From Epiperipatus broadwayi (Eukaryota > Animalia > Onychophora): DNA of 64,000 nucleotides. The position numbers were made by a program, and so were the translations under genes. The notes under the pieces were generated by a model. That model did no database searches. It was not told the DNA's origin and was given only the letters and a program-made list of their open reading frames with translations. Of this stretch, positions 12,401 through 24,073 are shown piece after piece (position 1 is the first letter of the stretch; every line of letters begins with the position of its first letter). The stretch is from contig JAQFVV010000001.1 in NCBI GenBank assembly GCA_028023455.1, positions 19,964,001-20,028,000 on the forward strand, read 5' to 3'.

Positions 12401-15400
12401 CAGTGATCTTCAACCTTTTCACACCTGTGGACCAGCAAAAATAAGGATATTTCACGAGCCGGTAAAAGTCTACAGATAAATTTTCTTAAAGATTTAAACT
12501 GCTTAGCCTTAGATGAGCATAATTGTTATAACGGACCAAAACAATACATTAGTTACTGTGTATTGTAATGGTGTTGCTTACCTTCCCTTGCTGAACACTC
12601 TGGAGTACAGAAAACAGTACAATAACAATCATTCTCATTAAAGTGCCTGCATTGCTATGTTTATTGTTTATTGTTTCATCGTTAAAACATGCAAGAATAA
12701 AATGTTATTCACCTGAATTGGGAAATATTTGTATTTAATGTTAAATATACAAGATAAAGTTATATATATATATATGGAGTTTGTATAATAAAAAACATTT
12801 TTTTAATATAAATTTTGAATTTTTTTCGAAAAATAATAAAAAATTTGATTCATAAACATCAGTGATAACTAGAAAAACAAATTAATTTATGTATGATTGA
12901 TTAGTTTTTGTTTTTGTTCTGTTTCTTTTTTTTTTTAATTATGTAAAAATAAGATTAAAATAGCACCAGATTGCATTAGTTGTTTACTATTGAAATCACC
13001 TGATGACCACCTGTAAAGCCACTGAGAAAATTGAGCTTTGGTAGAGTCACATAGAAATAAAACAATCATTATAAAGATATCATTTTGCTTTAAAAAAAGA
13101 TAATAGATTTATGTTCTCACTGAAATGAAATTATCATCAATGATCTGTAGAATTAATATATTTTCAGGCACTCAACGGCATTTTATAGTTAAAGATTAAA
13201 ATTATGATTCCTTAAGATCTGGTGATGATTATAATAATTACTAGAAATTATAAAGAAAGTGTTGAAATGAACATCCAAATATATCTGTAAATCCAATGGA
13301 TAGCCAGCATATGAGTGATTACAATTTATGTGGTTGATGAGTTCCGTTATATATTGGTTCAACTACATACTGAGTGACTCCTTCCATTCAGGTGGGTGGT
13401 TGTGTTCTTATCACTACATATATATAATTCATTTGAATTCGAATTAAAAAAAGAAACAATCAGCTTTTAAGGCTTAAAAATATAGTAATTAGGGCAAAAA
13501 TTTTATCATATTAAACTGCATTTAAAAAATTCTACAGCTTTATCTAACATAGAAATAAAAACTATTGTAGGTAATATTTTATTTACAAAAAAATCTAAAT
13601 TCTAAAATTTTTTACTTACCTAATGTGACATCTGCTGTTGTTTCTTTGCTACCAAATTTGATATGCGAGGCTGTAGCATTGTCTCAGAAAGATGAAGTGC
13701 TGCTTTAACATCCATTCTATTTCTTTGTTTATTTTTTATTATAGACATTGCTGAAAATGTTTTCTTGCATAAGTACGAGGTTGAAAAAATCACTAATAAT
13801 TTGATAGCTTTGTAACTAAAAGTTGGATATTCTTTTTCAAGTGATAGCCAAAATTGAGATAACAAATGCATTTTATGTATGGTCACCAGAGTGAGATCAG
13901 ATGACAATTCAATCAGATTTTCTTTTTCATGAGATTCAAGTGCACAAGAGTTTACATCTTCCAAAAAAGGATTATTAATCCAGAGATTACCTTTATGAGG
14001 ATCCTCATTTTCAGGAAAATAATTATCAAAGTTTTCAGCTAACGCTCTTAAATGCTGACTAATTATGTTGAATATGACTTTCTGGCTGACATCAGCAGCA
14101 GTCAAAAATTCTCCTAAAAGTGGATACATATCTATATATTTTAGTTGTATGCAACTATCCCAAAATGACAGCATTTTTCTAAATGCATCCATTTTATTTC
14201 TCAATATAAAAATATTTGTACCAGGTCCCTGGAAAGAAAGATTAAGTCTGTTAAGAAGGTCAAATATATATGCTAAGTATGCAAGTTTAGTCATCCATTC
14301 ATCATTCAACAAAGGTTCCACTAGGTCTGATTTCCACTCTAGTAAAAACTGTTTTACTTCTTCTAAGTTCAAAAAGATGTGCTAGAACTCTTCCTCTTGA
14401 TAACCACCTCACTTCTGCATGTAGAAGAAGATGTTGGTGGTGTGATTCCATGCTCTCACACAATATTGTGAATAATCTGGAATTCTTTGCTCGACTTCGA
14501 ATTTCATTAATAATTTTAATAGCATCATTCATTACAATATTTAGTTCAGTAGACAGCTTCTTTGCAGCTAGTTGTTCTTGGTGGATCATGCAGTGAGTGA
14601 ACAAAATGTCTGGGTGTGCTACTTTATTTTTATAACTACTCCTGAGTGACATCCAGTCATACTAGCAGCTCCATCCATAGATACTCCTACACATTTACTC
14701 CAGTCCAAACCTTGTGTTTGAAAATACTCATTAAAAACATTAAATATCTCTGAACTAGTAGTCCGTGCGGGTAAATCAAGGCAACAAAGAAGTTCTTCCC
14801 TTAAGTCTTTATCTTCATTATATCTCACGAAGCAGAGTAAAATAGCGTGATTACTCACATCAGTTGATTCATCAAGCTGAATCGCAAAACATTTCAATTT
14901 TTTAATGTCCTCTATAACTTGTTCTTCAATATCTGTGGCCATATCAACAATTCTTCTCCTAATAGTAGTATCTGAAAGTGATACAGGTTTAGTTTTTTAG
15001 CAGCTTGGGACCAAAAATTTATTGTACAATATTCAAAATGCAAGGCTTTACTAATTCCTCTCCAATCGTAAATGTTTTTTTTTTGTATTAGCTATTCGAA
15101 GAGCAACTAAATAAGATGCTTGAAGCAGTGATTTGTCACTAGTCATCATCGTACTCATTTGATTTTTCTAAATTTTCATTTGATCATGTAATCTTTCAAA
15201 AAAGTCTAATGACACTGTCAGGAGCAACTATGAAACCAAGTTTTAAATACACTTTATTGTAATTTCAAATAAAATGACCTTTTTTGTTTTTTTCCTGCAC
15301 ATTCTGAAGTATCGGCATATCTCTTTTTCCTCATTTCTTCAAGAGTTGAAACCCTAGTACTTGACATACTTTCAGTATCAGCATCTCTTTTTACTAGAAT

Positions 15401-15905
15401 ATTGTCCTTGTCTCTTCTTAAGAAGGGCAAAAGGTTTTGCTGTTTGACATTTTTGTCTCCATTTTTTGAAATTTACAATTTCAAAAAGAAATGTCACACA
15501 CAAAATAAAAAGATAATACAAATGCAATGAAAATTTTTGCTATATGTGAACAATAAATGAGCTGATGCAATACAGAAATGCCTACTATGTATAGAAAATG
15601 ATGTGTAAGGTAAGGAGTGGTGCAATTCTCATGAGATTGATGCTTTGTCTTTTAAAGATTGCATTTTCAGATAAATTCATTTGATTATTATTTAGTAATT
15701 ATAGCATTATCTAATAGTTTAAATAAAATTTTGATTTATAATTAATTTTATTTAAGCAATTGCGATGAAAAAATTGTTTATATTAATTAAAAGTTTAAAA
15801 TCTTATTATTTTGTTATTACAAACTTTCTTGGCAATCTAGCGTGGAACTGCAGAAAACTTCTGCAGCCCGGTGCCAGTCCACAGTCCAGTGGTTGAAAAC
15901 CACTG
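12401..15905 (-). mobile_element. hAT DNA transposon, Buster/Charlie (ZBED5/SCAND3-like) subfamily, defective near-full-length copy
   Basis: Imperfect TIRs CAGTGATCTTCAACC (12401) and reverse complement CAGTGGTTTTCAACC (ending 15905) match at 13/15. They enclose a Buster-type transposase pseudogene. Both 8-bp flanks have TA at positions 4-5 (TCCTAGAC, ATTTAAAG), the Buster target pattern, but they do not match each other. Confidence 0.9.
13620..15440 (-). pseudogene. Buster-type hAT transposase pseudogene, frameshifted into ORFs 14619-14942, 14302-14652 and 13620-14372
   Basis: Motifs FAIQLDESTDV (first catalytic D), VSMDGAASMTG (second D), THCMIHQEQL (CxxH), LLLHAEVRWLSRG, and a C-terminal dimerisation region ending KQQQMSH*. 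Upstream fragments YLKLGF and ASYLVALRIANTKKTFTIGEELVKPC carry stops and frameshifts. Confidence 0.93.
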
Positions 15906-16626
15906 ATTTAAAGAGATAGGATTCATGTAAGACAATTGTAATGGCTTTAGACTTGTTACCTCAGTATTGTATGGAATAAAGTAGGCACAAGTCATTTGTG
16001 GCAGGTGGCATTCTTTAACATGTCTCTTGGCCTTGGCAGTTCTTTGACAGCACGAGCACACTTGAGCGGTAGGAGCTACATCTCTGCACAGTGAAGAGTG
16101 GAGCTGAAGACGGAGGGGAAGACAGCTGAGGCCCCTCAATAATTAAATAGATGTGGAGTCGACTAGTGACTATGGACCCAACTCTGACACAATAGATTTT
16201 TGGCCCTATTTATACAAACTTTGAGTAATGCAAATAATGTTTTTAATTAAACTTCTTATCTTTAATTTACAAAAATATTTTCTCTATTGTTAGTGGAGAT
16301 ACAATTGTTAGATAACTGTCCAAATATAAATTCAAATCAATTTCCAGATTGGAAATAGATTTGATAAAAATGTTAACAGCTAACTAAAATCAATTAGCTT
16401 TGTTTTAAATTTTACTTTAATTTAAAAATTCCTTTTTAATCATGAAACAAAGTAACGTTCCCACCCCTTTAATTATTCTTGGACAGTTAATGACTGCATC
16501 TTCCATCTTGAATAATTGTGTAATTATATGAAGAAAAATATCTATAAAATAAATAACATATAGTTAAAAAAAAAAATACAAAATTATTTACAAGATTTGT
16601 TTGTGCTTTTATATATATATATATAT

Positions 16627-18785
16627 TGTAACGAGCACAGACGTTCGTTACATTGTTGTTGTTTTTTATTTATTAAACATGAAAGTAAATTAAAAAGTTC
16701 GCATTTAAAAATTTTCTTTTAGAATTAAAAATTGAAATTAAATATCATCTTAAACTCGTATATATTAAATCGCACAGATAAAAAAAAATTATTAAAATAA
16801 AACTGTATTAAAAATAGAAAAGGTATTTTAAAAACAAAAACTTAAAAAGATTTAGAGATAAAAATATATATTTGATTTGGAAAACAGGTTAATTAATCAG
16901 AAATGGAAATGATTGTTAATTAGTTAAATGTAAACCAGCCTTGGGCATTTAAATGTAAAAACATCGGTCAGATAGGAAAACAATAGAAACAAATAGCCAA
17001 TGAAAGAAATCCATTGGGAAATCGGACCTCAGTGAAAGGATCATCACATCGATGACATAATGCCAAGTCAATCCTTCGAATACGTATAAAAGGAAAATTT
17101 GGAAATTATTAATTAGTGATTGATTATTGATTATTACGATGTGACTATATGTGGTAGTACGGAGTTGGAGGTGATGGAATTGACAGACGCACTGTCAATT
17201 CTGTCAGCTGTTAAAGAAAGGAGAAATGAACTATCGTTTTCTACATTGAGGACTAGTTAAAGCAAAAATCTCCGGATGGATAAATAAATCGGCCTTCAGA
17301 ATATTAACCTCTTTAGGACGGCATGGGAATTTACGTTCATGGCAAGCAACGGATAAAGTTGGACGTTTTAAAAATCGTAAGAACTTTATATTCACTTGAA
17401 ACAATAAGAACTCTAAATTTTAAAACTTTTTAGTAAATAATGCAATAGAATCCTATCTGACCAAACTAAATTCTTCATTAATAATGTTATTTGATGTATT
17501 TGTTATTTATTTATTTAAAATCATTTCCATTTATTTAACTTTGTTCTTTAAGTTTATTTATGATTTCTGTTTTCCGATGTTAAAATATATCAATGTTAAA
17601 CTTAAGTCGGGCGTGAATGGCTGTATAGATTTGTAAAGTTATATTAGGGGAGGGTAATCTTAGGTTATTTGTTTCGTGGTTAAATTGGGTCAATGGATTG
17701 GATATATTGGTGTGATTAGTAGATGTAATATTGATTCGCTATGAGCAGAATCGCTTCATACGTCGCACACTTCCGTTTGCCTATGGAAGGAATTATAAGT
17801 CGGATACCGCAGTTCCTTTCTATGGAGTTTTTTTGTTTTATTGCTCTTCTTTGCAGATAGATGTAATATTCCTATCTCATAAGAGGCAATTTCTTCTCTT
17901 AACCTTTTGTGCTGCCGTATTTTATTACATTGAATACATCGATATATCAGATGAATTGATGCCAGTTTGACTACGAATTTTAGCCTAAGGTTAAATAGGG
18001 ATAGAATGTTTATTTTCAAAAGCAAATTTATGTGGTCTATTCATACTCGACCCTAAATAAAAGTGCATTAAATTTAAGTTGTTTATAGACGCTTGCATGG
18101 ATTGTTTATCGGTTAACTATGTTTTGCGTTTCCATATTTGATCAAAATATATAGACATTCGATAAATAATGATACCTTACGGTGAGTATCTAAAATGTAT
18201 TTATTCGGATGTCTTTTAAGTTATTGGTGACAATGCAAGTATCTTATGGTGAATACTATTGGGTTACGTATAAATTTCCCTCCGCAATTGTCAGTAATCA
18301 ATGATTTTATATTTTGATCGTTTATGTTTACTTTGAAATGTTTTTAACCGTGTAATCTATGTAACCGATCTATAGCAACATATTAAAACAAGCTTTTATA
18401 ATCCCATCTGTGCGAACTTAATTAAAATCTAAGGTAAGGTTAAAAATAATGTTAAATGTTAAAATGTAAAACTAATACTAAAATAATTTTAAATCTTATA
18501 TATATGTGCATAAATAAATGTTTGTATGTTAATTACTGGCAGTGGCTTATTTTATTTATTTTTTAATGTTGAAATCTAATTAGATAAGATATGATATTAT
18601 TAAATCTCTGCTACTCCCTGAGCTAGTGACATGGGCTAATGACCGGAACCAAAATATTTAAAAAAAAATTTTATTTTTTTTTTGACTTACGTATCTGCCT
18701 ACTTTATAAATTTTTCTAGGTTCAAATGCCTAGATGGCGCCCTGTAGTGCAGTTTACGTGAAGTCGCCTTCTCCAGATCGTTACA
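16627..18785 (+). mobile_element. Young 2159-bp ORF-less element with TGTAACGA...TCGTTACA termini (solo LTR of a Gypsy-like family, or non-autonomous Ginger-like element)
   Basis: 8-bp terminal inverted repeats, ATAT on both sides within (TA)n tracts (compatible with a 4-bp TSD), many intact CpGs unlike the flanks, and an internal TATA/Inr promoter. Confidence 0.8.
16995..17120 (+). promoter_or_regulatory. Pol II core promoter inside the 16627-18785 element
   Basis: CCAAT box (AGCCAATG, ~16996), TATAAAAG at 17085, and TTAGT initiator at 17113-17117 with its A (17115) exactly 30 nt from the TATA start. Confidence 0.65.
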
Positions 18786-18960
18786 ATATATATATAAAGA
18801 TCCATTAATTTATGTATATATCTGAGTCACATCCATAAAAGTTAATATTTAAAATTAAAGAAAATTTTTATTTGAGATTTATATTTATAAATTTTTATAG
18901 ATGCTTCTCAGAAATACACGTATAGTTTATATACATGTGACGAAAAAAACAGGATGAAAT

Positions 18961-19012
18961 GTGGGTTAAGTGGTAGAACAGTGAAGCTTGATCTTAGGCT
19001 AAGATCGACTGC
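18961..19012 (+). mobile_element. Possible degenerate tRNA-derived SINE head
   Basis: A-box-like GTGGGTTAAGTGGTAGA and B-box-like GATCGACTG at tRNA-like spacing, followed by (TA)n. Confidence 0.28.
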
Positions 19013-21949
19013 TACTATATATATATATATAAGTACATATCTATATCTAGATTTGTTTTGCTATTTATATATAAAATAATTGATTTATATAATTTAAATT
19101 AAAAATTGAAATTTACGTTAGAATACAAAATAATCTGTATAAATATTGAGTATCTGCAACTTGATCTAGATAGCATTATAATAACCCAAATGAAATAATA
19201 TATTATTAAATGGATTGGCCTTGTGTATGTTATGACATTAACTGCAGATTATATCACAAAAATACTGAATAAGTATTAGGTAAATAAACAATATTTTCAG
19301 TACATTTTAAAGGGACTTCATTACTATATATTAACACATGATCACCATTCTTTATATTTATACAAGCTGTTTTTCCATTGAATACTCTAGCTTGCACTGA
19401 GTGGCGCTACTAAATAGGGGTGGGGGTTCCTTTGTGCCTACTATGTATTATCAGAGATTGTTTTTAATTATATAATAAGTAATAGTTGTACTTTTTTGTG
19501 AATCATACTATTTTATAAGAATGGCAATAATTTAGTAATATCGGCATCCTAAATGATAATAGTATAATAAAACTTTACCATAGATAACAGAATTTATTTT
19601 TAAGATCACAACAAACAGTTGATAATTTATCAAAGTAATGTGTACAAACTGATAATGATCAGTATAAAAAATTATATTAAAAATCTTAAGAAAAATTAAT
19701 CTTGCTATATTATTCATTTATTTGTGTGTTTTTTTTTTATAAAATAATAATAAAAGTCATTTATTCTTGAAATATTTTTTTTTGTTTTGTTTCAATAATT
19801 TATATAGGTATATAAAAATAAGTTATATATAAAATTATTGCTACCTTTTATTTGAATCTTCTAATCTAAAATTATTCAGTTTATCTCCCATTAATATTAT
19901 TTCATTCCACTACAAGAGTAATAACAAATTAACTTCTCCTTGTGGAATAAATTTCACACACTTCTATTCAATCTAGTCACAGGAGGTAATGTAATCCATT
20001 TAAGAAATGTGATAAGTTTTACATTTTTAAACAATTATTTTTCTTGTGGGAAATGTAGTTTCTGAGCTTTAGACTTTGCCATTTAAATTCTGAATTCTGC
20101 ATTACAATTAAAATTAATTAGAAGAAAAAAAAAATGAACTGAACTTTACAAAATGATATAATGTCTTTTATTTAATATTAAAATTCAGTTTATATTCTTC
20201 TCTTCAATTTTTTTATGTGCACATACAATCAATGAACTATTATTGATTCAAAAATTATTCAATTAAATTACTGTTTGAAGAATCAATTGTTCTGTTATAA
20301 ATTTCTTCAGCCTAGCAAAATCAATTTTCCTTAATAAAAGTATCTTAAAATGAAACAAGTGACATTTAATAATAAATCTATACTATCTATAAATAGAACA
20401 ATAGATGACAATTAAATTGAAAGATTTTTTTTCTATCTCATCAACAAAAAGGATAGTATTTATAATTGAAAATTAATAATGTTTAAAAAAAATGGAAAGA
20501 TTTAATCTTTTTTTCAATTCTTCATTAAAAAAAAACTAAACTCAGATGTTAAAATAGATACGCTTCGTTTTGTTTTTTTGTTTTTTAATTTTCTTAATAA
20601 ATCTAACTAAAAATGTATATAGTTTAAATTAATTACCATTTTTTTAATAAAGCACTAAATAATTTGTTCCTCCACAATAAAACATTTAATATAAATACAG
20701 CAATAAAAGAGAGATAGTTTGGATTCGTCATTTTTCAGGACTGCTGCTTTAGAATATATAGTTATTTTTTTTCTCTATCAGAATAAAATTATATATATAT
20801 ATGTAATTATTACTGCAAATATATGTAAGAGTGCACACATGAAAATATATAATAGTACACTAATTAAATAGATTTGATAATTTAATTAAAAATGTAAATT
20901 ACAGCCTGAATTAGAATTAAACCTTATATGACCATGTGCAAATTTTTCATGAAAGTGGTTTCTTATTCTGACAAAAACTTTTTCCAATCCACTCCAGAGA
21001 ATAAGAAGACAGGGGTATAAAAATACAGAGATAACAAATAGTCTATGTTTCTTCCAGGGTAAACATTAATAATACTAATACCTCAGTGTTATTTGTCTTC
21101 GAAGTAGATAAAACTGATATAGGGATAAATATGCAACACTTCCTGATCTTACTATGATTTTATTAAACTTTCAGATCAAATAATAATATATTTAAGATAT
21201 TAAATGTGCTAATCATGATGTATATATTACATGTATAGTTATATAATATAAGTGACCCATCTCTTTTTGTAGAGATATAAACCCAATACTAAATAACCCA
21301 CATTAATAATTATTGCAATGAAGAGTTAGATGTTAGTTATTTGTATTCCTAAATAATTATAATTGTTAAAATGCCATTGAATAAAAATTTAAAATAAATG
21401 GTAGTTGCATAGACCTTTCATTATAACTTATTTTTTAAGTATTGATGTATATCTAATGCATAGCTATTTGTCAGAAGTCTAGAATAACTCAAGACAAGTT
21501 GGTTTGATTTTTAAATAGGAATTCATTATTTTCTGACAATTTAGAAGATTGCAAATGCATAAAATCAATTTTAACACGAGGTTTTAAAAATAAATAAGTA
21601 AACATACATAAAATATATAGATATTAGCAAAAATAATAATCACAATCCATATAACTGCAAAACGTATCAAGAGCAAAAAAAAAAAAAAAACATCATTTTC
21701 AACTGAAATCAAAGACAAAATAAATAAAAGTTAATTTTGCATAGATACTTCAATTATATATAGATAAGAAGTAAAACATTATTAAACTAAACTGCAGTAA
21801 AGTCAACGTTATTCCATCTATAACAGAATTTTCTTTTCATTTAACATTTGGATTTATAATCTAATAATATATAGTTTTAAATTACTCTCTGGGTATATGT
21901 TGGTATAAGTAATAGTAAAAATAGTAACAATATTTTTTTCCAAACAATA

Positions 21950-23100
21950 TCTAGTATTTTAGAATTTTTAATTAATTCTTTGTTTCTTGAGTTTGTGAAA
22001 AGAATATCTTACTCCATTGTATAATTCTTATTATTTATGATTATTTGTATGTTGCACTAATTTTAGGCAAATCTCAATAAAAGAATTATTTTTCAGACAA
22101 GGATATTAAATTTTATACTTCTTTCCAATGCACTTTCTTTCTTATCTTTCATATTTCATTTGATCAAACCCTTTTTCATCTGTTGTCAATTTAGATCCAA
22201 TGTAATACTGATTATTCTATCTTTACATTTTTGATGTATTATTTTGTTTGTATTGATTCTAATTGCTTCTGATCCAATTTTTAATATCAGTGACCCTGTC
22301 ATGCAATCTTGAAAATAATACTACCTTAATTATCGAAAAGCATTCCAGATGTCTGAAAAAAATGATATGGATGCTATTTAAATGTTATATTAATTATTGT
22401 GATCTTCATTTTAATAACAAACGATATAAGATTTTCTCTTCTTGCATTTACCTTGCCAATTCCATATATTCTCATCTCATTCATTTTAAGATCAATCTTA
22501 TCTCCCAATTTTACATTCAATTATCTCATCAAAATGATTTATTGTTATTGTCATAAAATAGTTAGTAATATCTTTTAAGTCATGAGTAAATAAATTTCAA
22601 AATTTAATTCATCATATCTTGACAAGTATGTGGAATCAATGCAATTTTTTATTAGTATAAAAGTTCATATTTGAATATTCATTGAATTATAGATTTCAAT
22701 AAAAAGAATTATTTTTTTATTCACAGATTATGTTATTGTTTCTTTGATCAGCTGAAATCCTACTTGAAGAATAGAAATAATTGGTTAATATGAAGGGGTC
22801 ATTTCCTTAAGTAGCCTGTCTGTTATTACATAAAAAGCCAAATTTTCTTTAATTAGTTCCCATGCAAAAATGTGAAATTTTTCAGTTTACAATATTTCTC
22901 CCACATTTCACATATAAATAAAAAATCTCTCTTTTAGTTCTTTTTACAAAATGTATGCCAGTACCATTTATGATCTTACCTGTACGTGAATTGACACTGA
23001 TTCCTTCTCAAATTACATGGCATGTAGAAACATTTATATATATTTTTCATCTCGGACAGGTCCTGGGAAAATCAGGCATTTTCTTTTTGTTTTCTGAAGA
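21950..23100 (-). mobile_element. Decayed RTE-clade LINE, 5' part with AP endonuclease domain
   Basis: Minus-strand frame at ~22530-22370 reads MR*LNVKLGDKIDLKMNEMRIYGIGKVNARRENLISFVIKMKITIINITFK*HPY. This matches the RTE APE motifs MGDFNAKVG and YGLG.RNERGE.L..F...N.F..H. Outer boundaries are approximate. Confidence 0.7.
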
Positions 23101-24073
23101 CATATGTCATTCACTAGATCTAATCATTTATTGAAATTTTTTAAATCTTTAGAGTAAGAGGTTGTACTAGTTTGATTCTGTGTTTCCTTTTTCCAGATAT
23201 ATTGCCTCAGTGCTGCAGATGAGATTATATTCATTTGATTCTCTGGCTTCATTATTCTTCCTTGGGCAGAAGAGACATTAGGAGTGTGAACAGCAAGAGA
23301 ATTCAGTAATAATAGTGCTCCCAAATAATGATGAAAAAATTCACAGCAACTACCAAAACTTATTTTTCTTTAGTGCAAATCCACTATCAATTGATTATAT
23401 TCATTACGTTCATCAATTATTTGTTGTTAAATAAATTTCTAATGGTACTGACTTTCTCATTGTTACTGTAAGTATACAGTTCAGTTATTTAACAGATAAA
23501 TAATGTAACTTACATAATTATTTGTTTTCATATCATATATTCAATTCTATAATCCACAACCATTTATAAGGTGGCATATAGAAAATAATTAACAGCTTTG
23601 GTTATCTTACATCATGAGATGTAATTGGTGATTGAAAAGAGTGGCATTACATTATGGTGTACTTTAACACTTGGTTATGAGTTAACTTTATTAATATTAT
23701 ATTAACATTATAAGAATTTGATAGCTTAAATTAATATAATCCCCTTCTCCTTTTAAAAATACATTTGCTTATTTTTTACATTACTTTAAAATGTCATAAA
23801 AGTTTAATAAAACTAATATTTTCATAGAGGGATTAGTGAGATATATATTTGCTTAAAATGAAAAAAAAAATCCTTTCCTTAATACTTTTGGCTTTAAAAG
23901 CCATCATGAATAACCTTAGAAATTTTTATATACTAAGTGCAGAGATTGAAAATCTTCCTCTAAAAAGAAAATTATTTCTTAAATAAAATTCATTACATCT
24001 GTCTGTATAATTACAACATAAATATACATTACATATATTCATTGAATGTAAATGTCCATAATTACAAATGCAA

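Noticed and set aside
14065-14385. 106-aa plus-strand ORF
   Set aside because: It is an antisense shadow of the hAT transposase.
15837-16139. 100-aa minus-strand ORF
   Set aside because: It crosses the hAT terminal repeat boundary and has no recognisable domain. It is open because of local GC richness.
18735-18745. TGGCGCCC as a tRNA-Lys primer-binding site
   Set aside because: It does not follow an LTR-terminal CA and the match does not extend. It sits inside the element end.
22970-22990. Strong minus-strand donor CAG|GTAAGA suggesting a host exon
   Set aside because: It lies within the 5' region of the decayed RTE element, and the upstream sequence has no clean exon frame.
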